A model generated the notes under the pieces. That model was not told the DNA's origin. It worked only from the letters and a program-made list of their open reading frames with translations, and did not search any database. A DNA stretch of 64,000 nt. Origin: Vitrella brassicaformis CCMP3155 (taxonomy: Eukaryota; Protista; Chromerida). A program made the translations under genes and the position numbers. Each line of letters begins with the position of its first letter. Positions within the stretch are counted from its first letter, which is position 1. Below are positions 12,586-25,378 of this stretch, piece by piece. The stretch covers positions 48,925-112,924 of the forward strand of contig CDMY01000341.1 in the NCBI GenBank assembly GCA_001179505.1, given 5' to 3'.

Positions 12586-12644
12586 CAGAGGGGCAACGCC
12601 CCTCTGGAGGGGCAACGCCCCTCTGGAGGGGCAACGCCCCTCTG
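12586..12644 (+). repeat. Three tandem 19-bp self-complementary units (GAGGGGCAACGCCCCTCTG)
   Basis: Units at 12588, 12607 and 12626, each GAGGGGC-AAC-GCCCCTC. Confidence 0.95.
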
Positions 12645-14793
12645 GTGTGTGTGTGTGTGTGCGTGTGCCTGCCTACTGGCAGCCAGCGATGCGACGTGTA
12701 AAGATGGATGGATGGATGGATGGGCTTTTTGGTAGTCAAGCTTGTAAGGGCGGAGGTAGACAGACCAGCAGTGTGTGAGTGAGGCGTGTGGTTGCATCCT
12801 GACCTTTTGACGAGAGCTTCGTGCTCGGGGCGGGAGCCCTACAATGACTTGCCTGTGTGTGGTGGTTGAAAAGTGACACTCGAGCAGTAGCAGATAGATA
12901 GATACACTGCATCCACAGTCCAATCAATCAATCACATCACCAGTCAGTCCACCGCCCACCCACACACACGTGCATGAGCATGAGCATCAGCATGACCACA
13001 CCCTCCCCGCCAACCTGCGCGCCCCGCCTGCTATTCCTCTCGCTCGTCGTGGAGGGAAAAAGGTCCTCCACACACCACCACACCCAACACCAACACAACC
13101 AACCAATATGATGAGATCATGTGGGATTTAAAGCAACCGATGGCCACGCAGACAGACGCACCCAAGTGGCTGACCGACACGCACATGCATGTGGGTGATC
13201 CCAGTGATTAGAAAACAGCGCTAGACCGACATTCATTGAGACGTATACGGGCACTCCTGCACCCCCGGGGCGGGTGCGACCGACGTGTGCTGGTCGATCG
13301 CCCCGTTCCTTTTTTGGCCCGTTCCTCCCTGCCATCAGCTTTGAAAGGCTGACGCCCCCAGCATAGCATCCACCCAGAGAGATATACTCTACAACACACC
13401 AAACCACACCGTTCCCACAGTCCCACCCCCCGCACACACACACACACACAGATGCGACCACAAAGACACACGCACACGCCCCCCATCGCCCGATGGATTC
13501 ATTCAATCGCTGACTGACTGACTGATGCTGTCACGTAAGTACGACGCTGCACTTTCTCTGAGATGTGGCGATCGACATGGGATGGGTAAAAGGGTAAGTG
13601 TTGTGTTAGATAGTATACACAGGGGTGACAGCCATGCATTCACTCAGCACAGTGGCCTGGCAGGGGGAAGCGCCGCAACCAACACACACACACACACACA
13701 GATCTCCTGCATGTGTGTGTGTGTGTGTGTGTGTGTATGCGTTGCGCGCCTGCCCCAGGCCTACACACACCTACACACAGACACTCAGGAGGTATAAAAC
13801 GGTTCATTCGTCGACGCACTCTGGACATATACAATCAATCGGCCAGCAGGTGAGTGGCCATCTGGCTGGCTGTGTGGCTGTCTGTCTGAAATGCCTTCAT
13901 CCATTCGAGCAGGAAGAACGGACGAAAAATGCTCGAGAGAGGTGCAGACGAGACGAGCGGGGGAGGGAAAAGACGATCGCTCGCTCGCTGGCCACTAGGA
14001 GAAATATGCGATGCGCATGCGGGACTAACCGGGGGGCCCAAACTCCCTGTCCCGTGTCTGTCTGTCTGTCTGTCTGCCCTCGTGTGTTGTGGTGCCGGCA
14101 ACGTGACGCCCTCGTGGCGCACTGTGACATCCCAGCCTTTCCTTCTACTGGAGGATCGCCGTGCGGTGACAACGTCACATCGCCAGCATCATCCAAAGTG
14201 AGGGCAAACGAGGCGAGGGAAGGCAGGCCAACCACAGTCACTCAATCCTCCAACTAGCAGGCTTGGTGCGCAGTCATAGTAGGTAGGATCACTCAACCAG
14301 CCAACCACCGAGCGCATCGAACAAGGAAGAGAGGGCGGGAAGAAAAGCTCAGCTCCCCTGCAATGCAATGAAGGCGAAAACGCACCATGAGGCCAGGCCT
14401 CATACACTCAGACACGCCACTGGACGGACTGACCAATTCGTGCTCTGCTCTGCTCGTGCTCTGCTCACAGGTGCATGGGATGCTATCAATCAGTCAATGA
14501 GAGAGGAAAGAAAACATTGGCAATCAGTCGGTCGGTCGATGGTATCTATCTTTCTATCTAGCAGACAGATATACAGACAGCGATGTACGCACATTAGTTA
14601 ATGCATATGGATGGCATGAGTGAATGAATGATTATGGTGAGTACTGATGTTTATATATATAGATCCACCCACCCACACCCACACCCACCCACCCCGTAGC
14701 CAGACCCACACTAAGCAAATTCTCCCTTGCTTGCCCCTCCGACCTCCTCCCCTCCCCGACAGGCAAGAGAGAAGCTCTAGGCGATCTAGCGAC

Positions 14794-17319
14794 CTAGAGT
14801 CCCTTGTAAGCCCAGTCCAGGTCTCCCTGCTCCATGCCCAGCCGCGAGTGCACCCCCAGACCCAGCGACTCGCCAGTGGCTATCAGACGCCCAGGTTGGG
14901 GCGTGCGGTAACGACGCGCTGACACCGAACGAAACAACTCCTGGACAAAGACACAGAGAGGAGGGAGGGGCAATGAAAATGGGGAATGCTTGATCCATAG
15001 GGTGGTGCACCGCCCCCGTGGCACTGACTGACCTGTTCGACCCAGACGGCGAGTAGTCTTGGGTGTGAGATGGGGAAGTGATGCGGGCCGTCGGGGAAGC
15101 CCCGCAGCTCGATGTTGGAGAAACGGTCCGCCACAGACCTATTCATTCATGTGCCGCACACGGGGAGTGTGGTGTGGTGTGGTTGTCTTGTGTTGCCTTG
15201 TGCGTCAGGTGTGTGTTCGTTGGTTCGTTCTTACTGGCTGAAGCTGTAGGGGACGATGAGGTCAGCGGTGCCGTGCATGTTGACGACCTTGACGCGCTTG
15301 CGCTTCAGCATCTTCAGGGTCGGCTCCATCGTCCTTGCCTGATCAACTGACGAGCAAAGAAGCGAACAGCGGAGAGCGTCATACAGACTGGGTGTGCAAG
15401 TGGGCGGGGGGCGGGTGGGGGATGGGTGTTGGCCGCTCAGTCACCTAGTGACTGCACGACGCCGAGGAAGGCGTCATGTTCGGTCTTGATGAAGTCAAAC
15501 AGACTCTCCTTGGGCACCTCACTCGTCGGCACAACCTGACCGACCGCAGAGGATACGATACACATACAATTCCTTCCGACCGACCGACGTGCGCGCTATG
15601 TGTGCTAATTAATGGGTGTGGCCGACACGGCTTACTTTACCTGCAAGATGAGCTTCTGCACCCACGGCACGGCCGACAGCTGGTTCACCGTCCGAATGAA
15701 CACACGAAACAATGATGGCGCATACAACGTCTGAAACACAGACACCATCCACACACACACAAGGATAAGGGTGGCAGCTCATCCCCCCTCCCCTCCCCCA
15801 CACACACCTGGTCGCAGGGGAATCCGAGTTTGGCAATGTGTTTCTCGGCCTCCTCTTGGTTGGGGAAGAAGGCGGGCGAGAAGAGGATGCAGCTCTTGAC
15901 GCTCCCGGGCTCGTAGGCCGCCAGCCGCAGACCTATCAACGCCCCGAACGAGTGACCCGCTATGTGGTACGTCTCCAGCTGATAACGCTCCACTATATCG
16001 CGCTGCAGATACCTGAACCACACACACACACACACACACACACAACACACACACGGCAATGAAATGGCTGCACGCACAGAGCCATGTGCCCTCGTTAAAT
16101 CAATCGTACTTGGCCTGCTCGTCGATGGAGTAGTTTTCGTCGGTGGGCAGGTCGGCCGACCGTCCGAAGCCCAGTAGGTCGGGGCAGTAGAAGGTGAATT
16201 GGTCGAAGCACTTGGGGTTCATGTAGCTGAGGATGCCCTCGCGCCACCAGTTGGAGGTCATGCCGATGCCGTGCAGCAGGATGACCGCGTCGGGGCCGCT
16301 CCCGCGGACGTACACATACAGCCCGCCCCCACTCTGCACACGGGCCAGCTGATACCGACGCCGCTCCGCCCAACGCAGATACTCCTCCGCCAACTGCACA
16401 ACACACACCGGGTGACACACACGGCACACAGGACTGTTAGACATGCACACGCGCCAAACGAGGGCTGTTCTCTGTCTGTCTGTCTGTCTGTCTGATGCTA
16501 TGGTATCTATGCTATGCTGACCAGGTCGACCTCATACTCGAGGGTGTTCTCCGGCGGCCCTCCTGGACTGAAGAGGAACGACGAGTTCCGCTTGACCTTA
16601 GGCATAGGCGACCCGGGCATCGACCCACCGCCCACAGAGGGAGGCTGCGTGCCCTCTGATGGGTCGGGCGTCATGCACGGGTGAGCCGCCTCCCTCCCCC
16701 TCTCCCTCTCTCTCTCTATTTCCCTCTCCCTCTCCCTCTCCCTCATGTGCCGCCCAACACTGCCAATCGCCAGGTGGAGGCTGGCCGCCTGCTGATGCTG
16801 ATGCTGATGGTGATAGTGGTGGTGGTGGTGGTGCCGTGGGTCTTCCTTGGTCGGTTGAAATGGGAAGGGGGATGCCGTGCTGGGGCTGTGGCTGTGGCTG
16901 TGGTGCTGTGGGTGGGACGTGGGTGAGCTATCATCTGCGTGTTGGGATGGCTGGGAGGGGTAGGGCGAGGCCTCCTCATGGCCGCTGGAGTCGTCCGCCG
17001 GGCCGAGCGATGGTGACGGTGTCCTCGTGGTGTCGTCAGAAGCGCACCTGCAGCCTCGCCCAGACCCCATCAGCGGCTCGTCCATCGACCTCGAACGGAA
17101 TGAGGGCGGCGTGCCGCGGTCGCCGGAGCATGAAGAGGGGACGGTGAGAGGGGAGGGGGAGGCAGAGGGGTGGCCCGTGGTCCGGTGGTCAGCGACACGC
17201 GACTCGGACAGCCTCGCGGTGGCCTTGAGGACGACATCGTCGTGTGCTGCTGATGCCGAGTCGCTGTCGACGAAGCCACGTGACGCCCCTTGGCCGAGCT
17301 GTCCTTCGCCGCCATCCAT
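14794..17319 (-). CDS. Alpha/beta-hydrolase fold protein, multi-exon, with low-complexity N-terminal extension
   Basis: VILLHGIG oxyanion motif, CPDLLGFGRS, nucleophile elbow IAGHSFGA, acid motif HGTADLIVP, His motif DGPHHFP. The last exon ends ...WAYKGL*. Confidence 0.85.
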
Positions 17320-17591
17320 AGACGGCCAAGAGCGTCGGGTCAGCTGAGAGTAGCCAGGCGAAGGGAAGATGAGCTGAGGCGAAGACAGGGTTCAGCTGAG
17401 CTATACGAAAATCAGCGAACACCCCTGTGGCTATGCCAGAGAGCCACACAGCGAAAAAGAAACCACGAGTGGCTTACCGAGCCCATGCGAGCTGCGAGCT
17501 GAGCAAAGACGTATGTGGAGTTTGAGCAGCTTCGTCGCTTCTGGATAGATATAGGGCTTCGGTAGGACCTGTTGGTGTGTTTCATATATTT

Positions 17592-20243
17592 ATGATGAGT
17601 GAGGAGATCGGCATCAGTGAGTCCAAGGGCACCACCACAACCGCCACTACAGGCAACACGCTGTACATCGGCGAGATCGAAGGATGGATGGAGGCCAAGT
17701 ACATCACCGAGCAGATGGCCAAGCATGGCGAGGCGCCCAGCCAGATCCGGCTGATGGCCGATAGGGGCTATGGCTTTGCCGAGTTCTCAACGCGAGATGC
17801 GGCCAAGAGGGTCTTGGAGGCCATGCAGGGCACACAGATGGAGGGATGCGACGCAAAGTCAGCCGAGCCGCCCTGCGCATGACGCCAACACTTTGCTTGC
17901 AATGGCCATCCATCTCCCTGTGTGTGTCTGGATGTGATGTGCCTGCGCATCCATCAAATCAGGTGTTGGAGTCTGAAGTGGGCCAAGAGGGCTGGGGCTG
18001 AGCCTCGGGAGACTTTCTACTCCATCTTCCTTGCCGACCTTGACGGCGAGGTGACGGAGGAGGAGGTCACGGCCCTCTTCCAGCCCAAATACCCGAGCTG
18101 TTCGCACTCGCGGATCGTCCAGGACCCGAGCAAGGGCATGCCCTTTGGCTTCGTGAGGTTCCGCGACGAGAGGGACGCGATGAGGGCCAAAGACGAGATG
18201 CAGGGCGTCTGGTGTGGCAAGAACCCTCTCAAGATCAGGTGAGCTGCGTGGGTGGTGCTTGGCAGAGCGGATGGGGCACTCACCGTGCATGTCTGTCTCT
18301 CCGTCCGTCCGATTTCGCTGGTCTATATGTATGTCAGCCTGTCGAGGGAGACGCGGGAGCTTCAGCAGGCCCGTCGAGAGAGCGATCGGCGTGACCGGCA
18401 GCCCATGGATGGCAGACCACCGCCATGGATGGACCACGGCCCACAGGTATCACACACTCCACCACAGCACAGGGACAATGGGCGTAAGTTAAGTGATCCC
18501 GACCGACCGTCTTTATGTCTGTCTGTCTGTGTGTCTGTCTCTCTGTCTGTCTGTCTGTGTGTGTGTGTTTGCCTTCAGATGGGTGCCCCACCGTTTCGGC
18601 CCCCTCCGATGGGTTACTACGACTACGACCACCCCGGCTACTTTGACTACCCACCCGACTACCCGCCGCCCTACGGCGCCCCCTTCCCTCCGCCACCACA
18701 CGACTTCTTCCCACTACACAGACCACGTACGGTGGCACGCACAAACTCGCCCTCACTCACACACTCACGAAGTAAGTATCCTCGTTGCCCTCCCTGTCAT
18801 GTCAGCGCCGTTTGGCTACGGCGGGCCACCGATGGAGCCCTACGATGACGCGCCGATGGACGGCAGGGGGCCTCCCCCTCCCATGCGCGGCGACCGACCC
18901 CTGATGAGGCGGCCACGGAGCATCTCGCGTGAGAGGGACCGAGACAGAGATCGGGAGAGGGACCGACGGCGGCCGTCATCACGCGAGCGAGATCGTGATA
19001 GAGATAATAGGTCGGACAGGCCGTCACGGAGGGGCGACAGGGAGAGAGAGTGGGAGAGGGAGAGGGAGAAGGAGAGGAGCCGCGACGAGCCGCGGCCCAA
19101 TGGTGCGGTGGCTGCCCATCGGCCGACCATCTTCATCGGTCGGCTGCAGGACGCACAAGACGTCGACGAGGCCAAACTACGTATGTTATGTGTCTGAGAA
19201 GGAAGGAGGACACACAAGCCAGGCCAGCGGCAAGGCAAGTGCGATGTGACTGGTCTAGACGATTGCTTGATGTGTGCTGACTGACTGACAGGTGAGATTT
19301 TCGAGTCGTTTGGTGAGATCAGGGAAGTCCGCCTGCTGCAAGGGAAGGTATGAATGAGTACAAACACGGACACACGGATCGCTGCCACAGAGAGCACGCC
19401 GTCATCAGGGCAAGTAAACTGATCTTCTCTTCTCTGTCAGGGCTGCGCCTTCGTGACCTACCGCGACATGTCAGCCGCCATGGATGCCGTCAAGGAACGA
19501 AACGGTCCGCACACACATACAGGAGTCTCTCTCCTCTCCGATTACAATGCAACACAACACGGGAATGCTCCCCTTTTCCACACTCAGATTATCGTGTCGG
19601 CGGCACCCGCATCAGAGTCGAGCTCAGCAAAGCCAGCGAGAAGGACCTCCACACATCATCCGCCAGCAAGCGCCCCCGGGACCGCGACCGCGACCGCGCC
19701 GCCAGCCGAGAGCCCCTGTCGCCTGCAGACAGGGGCGCTGGCAGAGGCAGCAAGAGGTCGCGAAATGGCGACGTCGACAGAGAGGGGTCGGTGAGGAGCG
19801 AGGAGCCGCCTGGAGATGACTCAGCATCAGCAGCAGCCAGGAGGCCCTCGCCCGGCGGTGTTGAGAAAGAGGTCATCACCCCGCGGAACAAGAAGAGCCC
19901 ACCGAGACAGCCGTCACCAGCAGCTGCAGCAGCAGCTGATGGCGCCGGTGCGTCCTCAGGGCCGCCGTCTCATCCGAGCTATGGAGAGGAGCTGGCCCGG
20001 CGGCTGGACAGCACGCTGTGCGGTCTGCGGATGTCGCGACGGCCCGACAGGCTGCCGGATGTGGATGCGCTGAATGGCGAGTATGTGTGTGGGCATATGC
20101 GGTCGGTGGTGCTGCCTCTGGTGCCGCTGATGCGGGAGGTGGGGGGGTGGGGGGCGGCCAGTGATAGGACGGGCAGCAGGAGGCAGGTGGTCAGTGACGC
20201 TAACTCGCGAGACTTCTTTACGCCGGCAATGATGTTCTTCTAA
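17592..20243 (+). CDS. Three-RRM RNA-binding protein; first two RRMs TRNAU1AP/NAM8-like, followed by an RD/RS-rich region; 3' end approximate
   Basis: RNP2/RNP1 pairs TLYIGEI/RGYGFAEF, SIFLADL/PFGFVRF and TIFIGRL/GCAFVTY, with a RERDRDRDRER tract between RRM2 and RRM3. Confidence 0.82.
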
Positions 20244-20423
20244 ACCATCGGGATGTGATGGGTCACATTTACACGGTCGCTCGTTGGCATTTTTGTTGTC
20301 CACCCACGTCATAAAAGAGACACTCACACGCACATCTATCTCTATCGCAGCACTTGGTGAGAGCACCAGTCAGGCATTCGCAACCACCCACCCACCACAT
20401 ACCAATCACTGTCCCTCCCTCGG

Positions 20424-22361
20424 CTATAGGCATCCGGCATTCTGTCTGTAGTTATACACAATCCGCTGCTTCTTGGTGGCCTCCTTGCCACCACTGGCCC
20501 CCTGCTGCATCATGTGTCTGCGGTTGCCGTGTTCGTCCTGGTCGAGCATGACGTAGCAGTTGTGGCACATGAAGGCCGGGTTGGTCTCCACTCGCCGCTC
20601 CTTGACCAGCATCAGCTCGCTCACATTCACGTTGCACACCTACAGACCAGGCCACACACACACCCCATGGACACACACATCGATTCACACACACACACAC
20701 ACACACACACACGCATCTGTTGCCCTGTGCGCCACGTGCCGTACCGTGCCCACCTGGCATTTCCTGAATCGTGTTTCTGCGAGGAATGTGTTGATGGGGT
20801 AGGCGTCATCGTAGGGGCAGTCGTGGGGCCCCCTCACCCGCACGTTGGTGACCACGATGCGGTGCTCGCACTCCCCCTGGTGCAGAAACATCCCCTGCGC
20901 CTGCACGCCGAATGACGCATCAGCCAGCCGCGTCTCGTGCATGGTCTTGGTCGGCCGCCCGGCCGCGTCGATCAGCCCCTGTTGCTCCCTGTCAAACAAG
21001 GTGTCATTGGCATCATCGCCTCCTTGATTGCTGTTGCTGTCTTCGCTGCCCCCGTCGTCCACTGCGCCCTTTCTGCCGCCCTTGTGGGCGGCCTGTTTGT
21101 CGATCCACGGCCGCAGCCACACCGAGTAGTCGACGGCCACCGGGTCGCGCGCGTCGGCGTAGAACTGCCCGTCGAAGTAGAAGAGCGCGCTCATGCTGAA
21201 CCGCGCGCCGTCGAAGTTGGTGTCCTCCTCACATTTGAGGGCGTCCCGCAGGTCGCCCAATGTCTGGCTGCCCAGCAGGTCGATCTCCTGCGCCAGAAAG
21301 CCTTCCCGGTGGTAAAAGGCGAACGACACGATCGTGTCCTCGGCTGGCGAGCGGTGCTGGGGTTGGTGGTGGCCGGCAGCGGCAGGCTCGGTGGGCTGGA
21401 TGAGGGGCGATATGGCCACGGGGTCGTATGTGAGCGTCTCGGGCAGACTGTTCTTGAAGGCCGACGCTGGAGGGCGCTTCTTTGAGTTGGGCGGCTTGGT
21501 GCGGGGCACACGCACAATCGCCTGATAGACATAAAATACGAAGACACGACAACACGAAATCGACACAGGCACACACACCAAGTGCATGAGGGATGCCCTG
21601 GTCTCACTTACCAATCCTTTCTTCTCCTTCTTGACTTCTACATCAGCAGCAGCAGCAGCATCAGCACCAGCAGGACAGTCGTCTTCACTCTTGCTGTCCA
21701 TGAGAGCACGCTGCGGCGACACAGACCGCCGCTGGCCATTAGCACGGAACCGATGGGTGGCCATCAGATGGGGGTAGGGGTAGTGTCGCAGGCTATTTGA
21801 CAAGACGTTAATGACCTTCTTCGAACCCCTGTGGGAAGCGGGATTTTCCACGACCAGCCGATAACTCTCCAGCTGCACACTCTCCTGCCGCTCATTCTGG
21901 AGCCGCTCGGGCAGCGTCGCCTCGCCCCCCTCACCCCCCACACCCACAGCCCCGCCCGCATCCGACAGCCGGAAGCACCGCTCCATACTCTTCCGCTTGG
22001 CCACGGCCTGCAGCGAGTCAGACGACAGCTCCGTCAGGTAGGCGTCATATGCCGTCCGACACCGCTCCGACTCGAAGGTCTCCCTCACGTCCGACTCCAC
22101 CTGCTCGAACAGGCTGGGCATGCGGGCACCGGCTGGATCGATGTCCACAGGGGCGCCGGCAGGGACGTGTTCGAGGGCGCGTTCGGCGAGGTCGAGCAGT
22201 CGTCGCCTCTTGCTGTCGACGGCGACATAGAGCTCAGACGGGAGGACGTACTCGGCGTTGAATTTGGCCCTGGTATAGTCAGGCTGCTCCACATCCACAG
22301 CGGGAGGAAGCGCCAGCTGCAAAGCCGCGGGATCAGCCGCGCCAGATGCATCACCCATCAT
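20424..22361 (-). CDS. SNAPC3: snRNA-activating protein complex subunit 3 (SNAP50), with C-terminal zinc finger
   Basis: LLGSQTLGDLRDALKC, LFYFDGQFYADAR, FLHQGECEHRIVVTNVR, YP..TF, then RKCQVC...AFMCHNCY across the last intron. These match the zf-SNAP50_C family. Confidence 0.88.
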
Positions 22362-22769
22362 AGGGCGACAGATTCGTCAGCAGTGGATAGTGAGCAGTGA
22401 GCAGCATCTGTAGCTCGTGTGTTCTTCCTCTTGCTGCCGCAGCGACCACGAAGACGAGGTGCAGGGCGTCGAAATCTGTCAGGCAGACGACGTGCAAGTA
22501 CGAGAGTGCACCTCTTCCTGCTCCGATGTCGGCTTCCCGTATCGAGCTCGCATGCGAGCTTGAATCCGAAGCTCAAGGAAAAAGATCTTCCAGCGGTTTG
22601 AGAGCCACGCGCCGTGCGCTGCTGACATCCCTTTGCCGTGATCTTGCAAAAGCAGCGGTAGAAAGACATCTCTGAGTGGCGCAGTTCAGTTGTCTAGGGT
22701 GCCTCCTTTTGCAGAAGAGACCTTGCTGGAGCGCCGCAGCAGTTATTATTCTATTCCGCAGAGCAGACT

Positions 22770-23393
22770 ATGTCTTATCGGCCGGTGGACGACGGCAGCT
22801 CGGCCCGGTCTCACCCGCAACACCACCCTGCAGCAGCTGCCCATCAGGACGGCTACATCGCGAATCTGGACGACTCGAGCATCCCCGGCAGCTGCCGCAG
22901 CCTGTACCTGACCATACTGGCCATCTCGCTGTTCCTCTGCCTGGGCCGCACCGACTTCAACATGCCCATCTACCTGATGGGCTACTTCATCTGGGCCACA
23001 GGGGAGAGCAGCAAGGCCGGCACGCTGTGGCGGTCCATCGTGCAGCTCAACTGGGTGCTGACCGGGCTGCTGGTGCTGGACGGCATCTGGGTGACGGTGG
23101 CGATGCTCTCGTGGTTTTGCGACGCGTGTGTGCTAGACCTGAAGTTGCGGTGGGAGGAGGGGCTGCACCACTTTGTGCTGTATGCGTCGTGCCTCAACTG
23201 GGTGGGCAAGGCGGTGGTCATGTTTCTGCAGAGCATGTGGGTGCAGATGAGGAGGGGCGTCGTCAGGCAGGTGGGAGTGGCAGGGGGGATGGGGATGGCG
23301 GCGGTGGCTGAGGGGGCCGCAGCAGGCCATATGAGGTACTCGACGGTTGACACGGCACTCACCGCGGACATGGCCAGTGCGAGGATGCATTGA
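22770..23393 (+). CDS. Intronless multi-pass membrane protein of unknown function (207 aa)
   Basis: Clean ATG-to-stop ORF with strong coding-like GC3 and several hydrophobic helices (LYLTILAISLFLCLG, LNWVLTGLLVLDGIWVTVAML, FVLYASCLNWVGKAVVMFL). Confidence 0.75.
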   Translation: MSYRPVDDGSSARSHPQHHPAAAAHQDGYIANLDDSSIPGSCRSLYLTILAISLFLCLGRTDFNMPIYLMGYFIWATGESSKAGTLWRSIVQLNWVLTGLLVLDGIWVTVAMLSWFCDACVLDLKLRWEEGLHHFVLYASCLNWVGKAVVMFLQSMWVQMRRGVVRQVGVAGGMGMAAVAEGAAAGHMRYSTVDTALTADMASARMH

Positions 23394-23857
23394 ATATTCA
23401 AGGGGATAGTGGAGAAAGTGCGTGCCTGTATGTGTGTCGGCTGACTCGGCTCTTTCTGACGATGGACAGAAAGGGCGACACGGCGCGGCATGTGTGTGGT
23501 CTGACTGCATAGTATTTGCAAGCGCAAGTTTATCTCGGTTCTTTGCGTGATGCGTGTCGGTGGATGGACGCTTTATGGACGACTCTCCTTCCTTCATGTG
23601 TCAACGCATTCCGCTTTTACAGAGTCTGTGTAGCCCTCACGACAAGCCTTCAAAAAGCTGTGTTTGTAAGCCCACACAAACAAAACAGGAGGGCGAGGGT
23701 GCCCCTCTCTGATGCGATCTCCTCCCTCCCTCCCTGATTCTTTCACATATCTATCTTCTATCTTTTATCAACAACATGCAGACCAGTCAGTAGCGCATTG
23801 ACCAAAAGGGCGCTCTCTTGGACAAACACAGCACATCGCAGCACCGCCCCTCTCCCT

Positions 23858-24635
23858 TTAGTCCTCGGCCTCAGCATCGACAGGCAGAATCGTCACATCC
23901 ACCTGAACAAAGCACATGGTCCACACACACAGGGGTCAACAATTGGAGCACACTCATCCCGATCAACGCAGACCCTTCTCACCTTGAAGATTGCGATGGC
24001 GCTGTCCATCGCCGGGCCCGCCTGCGCACCGGGGGCATGGGGAGGCCCGCGGCCGTGGGGAGGGGGCGGCACTGCAGCTGGCGCATTCTCGGCATGAGGT
24101 GGCGGGGGAGGGGGCGGGTGGCCTTCACCAGCAGCAGGGAGCGGTGGAGGTGGAGGGTGAGCGGCACCAGCAACGGGACGAGGGGGCGGGGGGCCCTGTC
24201 CGTCGGCGTGCGGCTTGGGTGGAGGCGTCTCAGTCGCATTGGGACGGGGCACATACTGATAGAGGGACAGACAGAAACAGCACCAACACACAAATGGGCG
24301 GACGGCACACACCTGATGATGACAGCCATCTTACGGCGAGTGTGATGATCCCATTGCCGGGGTTCATCGCGAGGAACGAGAGCGTCCACGAGCCGCTGCA
24401 GCTGTTGGACGTACCGTTCTGCACCAACACACAAGCATACAGACACACACAAGGTGAGAGAGAGCTCATCCACCCAATCGTCATTCATGGGTCAATCGTA
24501 CCTGTCCGCGGACCTGCAGACACCCGAAACTATTGGCCACATCGACGAGAGGCATATCGGGCGTCGCGTCGACCGCCCACCCGAAGCCAGCACGGTCCAT
24601 CGCACCTGGCAGAAACACACGCATACGCACACACA

Positions 24636-24674
<39 letters not shown>

Positions 24675-25378
24675 GATGGGAAGCTGACCAACGAGTCTAT
24701 CTCTTGCTATGCCGTCATCTTTCTCACCAGGCAGAACAATCTGCAGCAGGTCGCCCTGGTTGACCGTCACGTTGGTCTCCCCCGTCACGGGGCCACCCTC
24801 GGCGGCAGCAGCCGGCCCCTGCTGACTCATCTCAGGCACGACAGTGGTGGTGTTGGCCGTCTTGCCCCGCTGCAGTGCCCGGGCCGCCCTCAATGCCCTC
24901 CTAGGCGGCGGGCTGCGGCGGTCGATTTCCACTTTAGCACAGCAGAACTTGGCCTCCACCGACACATTTGGGAAGATCACTCGCTTCTCCGGCAGCTCGT
25001 ACTCGATGATCTGGCATGAGGGGTCGGTGTCCTGGAAGCGGTAGACGTATCTGCAGCCGCTGAAGGTGAGAGGAATGGAGGCAGGCACCTGCATAGACAG
25101 ACACACAAAGGGAAGCAGAAACGCCAAGAGTGTGAAAGACACACAGGATCTTTCACACAGGGGCCGGGCATCGAAAAGGTCCACATCGTGTGAAAGATGG
25201 GTGTCTGTCTTTCACAAAAGGCCCCTGTGTGAAAGATCCTCACCTCTTGGCCGTTGATGATGAGGGTGGTGTTGCGCTGGCTCGTCACGGTGATGTCCCG
25301 GCGGTTGTCGACGCCCACGACCTGCGCGGTGGTCGAAGCCGCCACGAGGGCAAGGCAGAGCAAGAAGAGATGCACCAT
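23858..25378 (-). CDS. Secreted hypothetical protein with proline-rich segments, multi-exon
   Basis: Signal peptide MVHLFLLCLALVAASTTA. Exons joined by GT-AG introns (e.g. 25089-25243). Cys-containing beta-rich middle exon (TFSGCRYVYRF...AKFCCAKVEI). The last exon is VDVTILPVDAEAED*. Confidence 0.65.
25145..25240. repeat. Intronic inverted repeat with about 20-bp arms
   Basis: AGGATCTTTCACACAGGGCC at 25145 pairs with GGCCCCTGTGTGAAAGATCCT ending at 25240. Extra TGTGAAAGA/TCTTTCACA copies lie inside and beside it. Confidence 0.85.

Noticed and set aside
12920-14760. Many short ORFs in the intergenic stretch
   Set aside because: Translations are dominated by (CA)n/(TG)n/(GACA)n microsatellites, with no coherent exon chain or motif.
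14775-14799. Small hairpin CTCTAGG...CCTAGAG over the hydrolase stop codon
   Set aside because: A 7-9 bp stem is expected by chance in 64 kb and has no second copy or supporting context.
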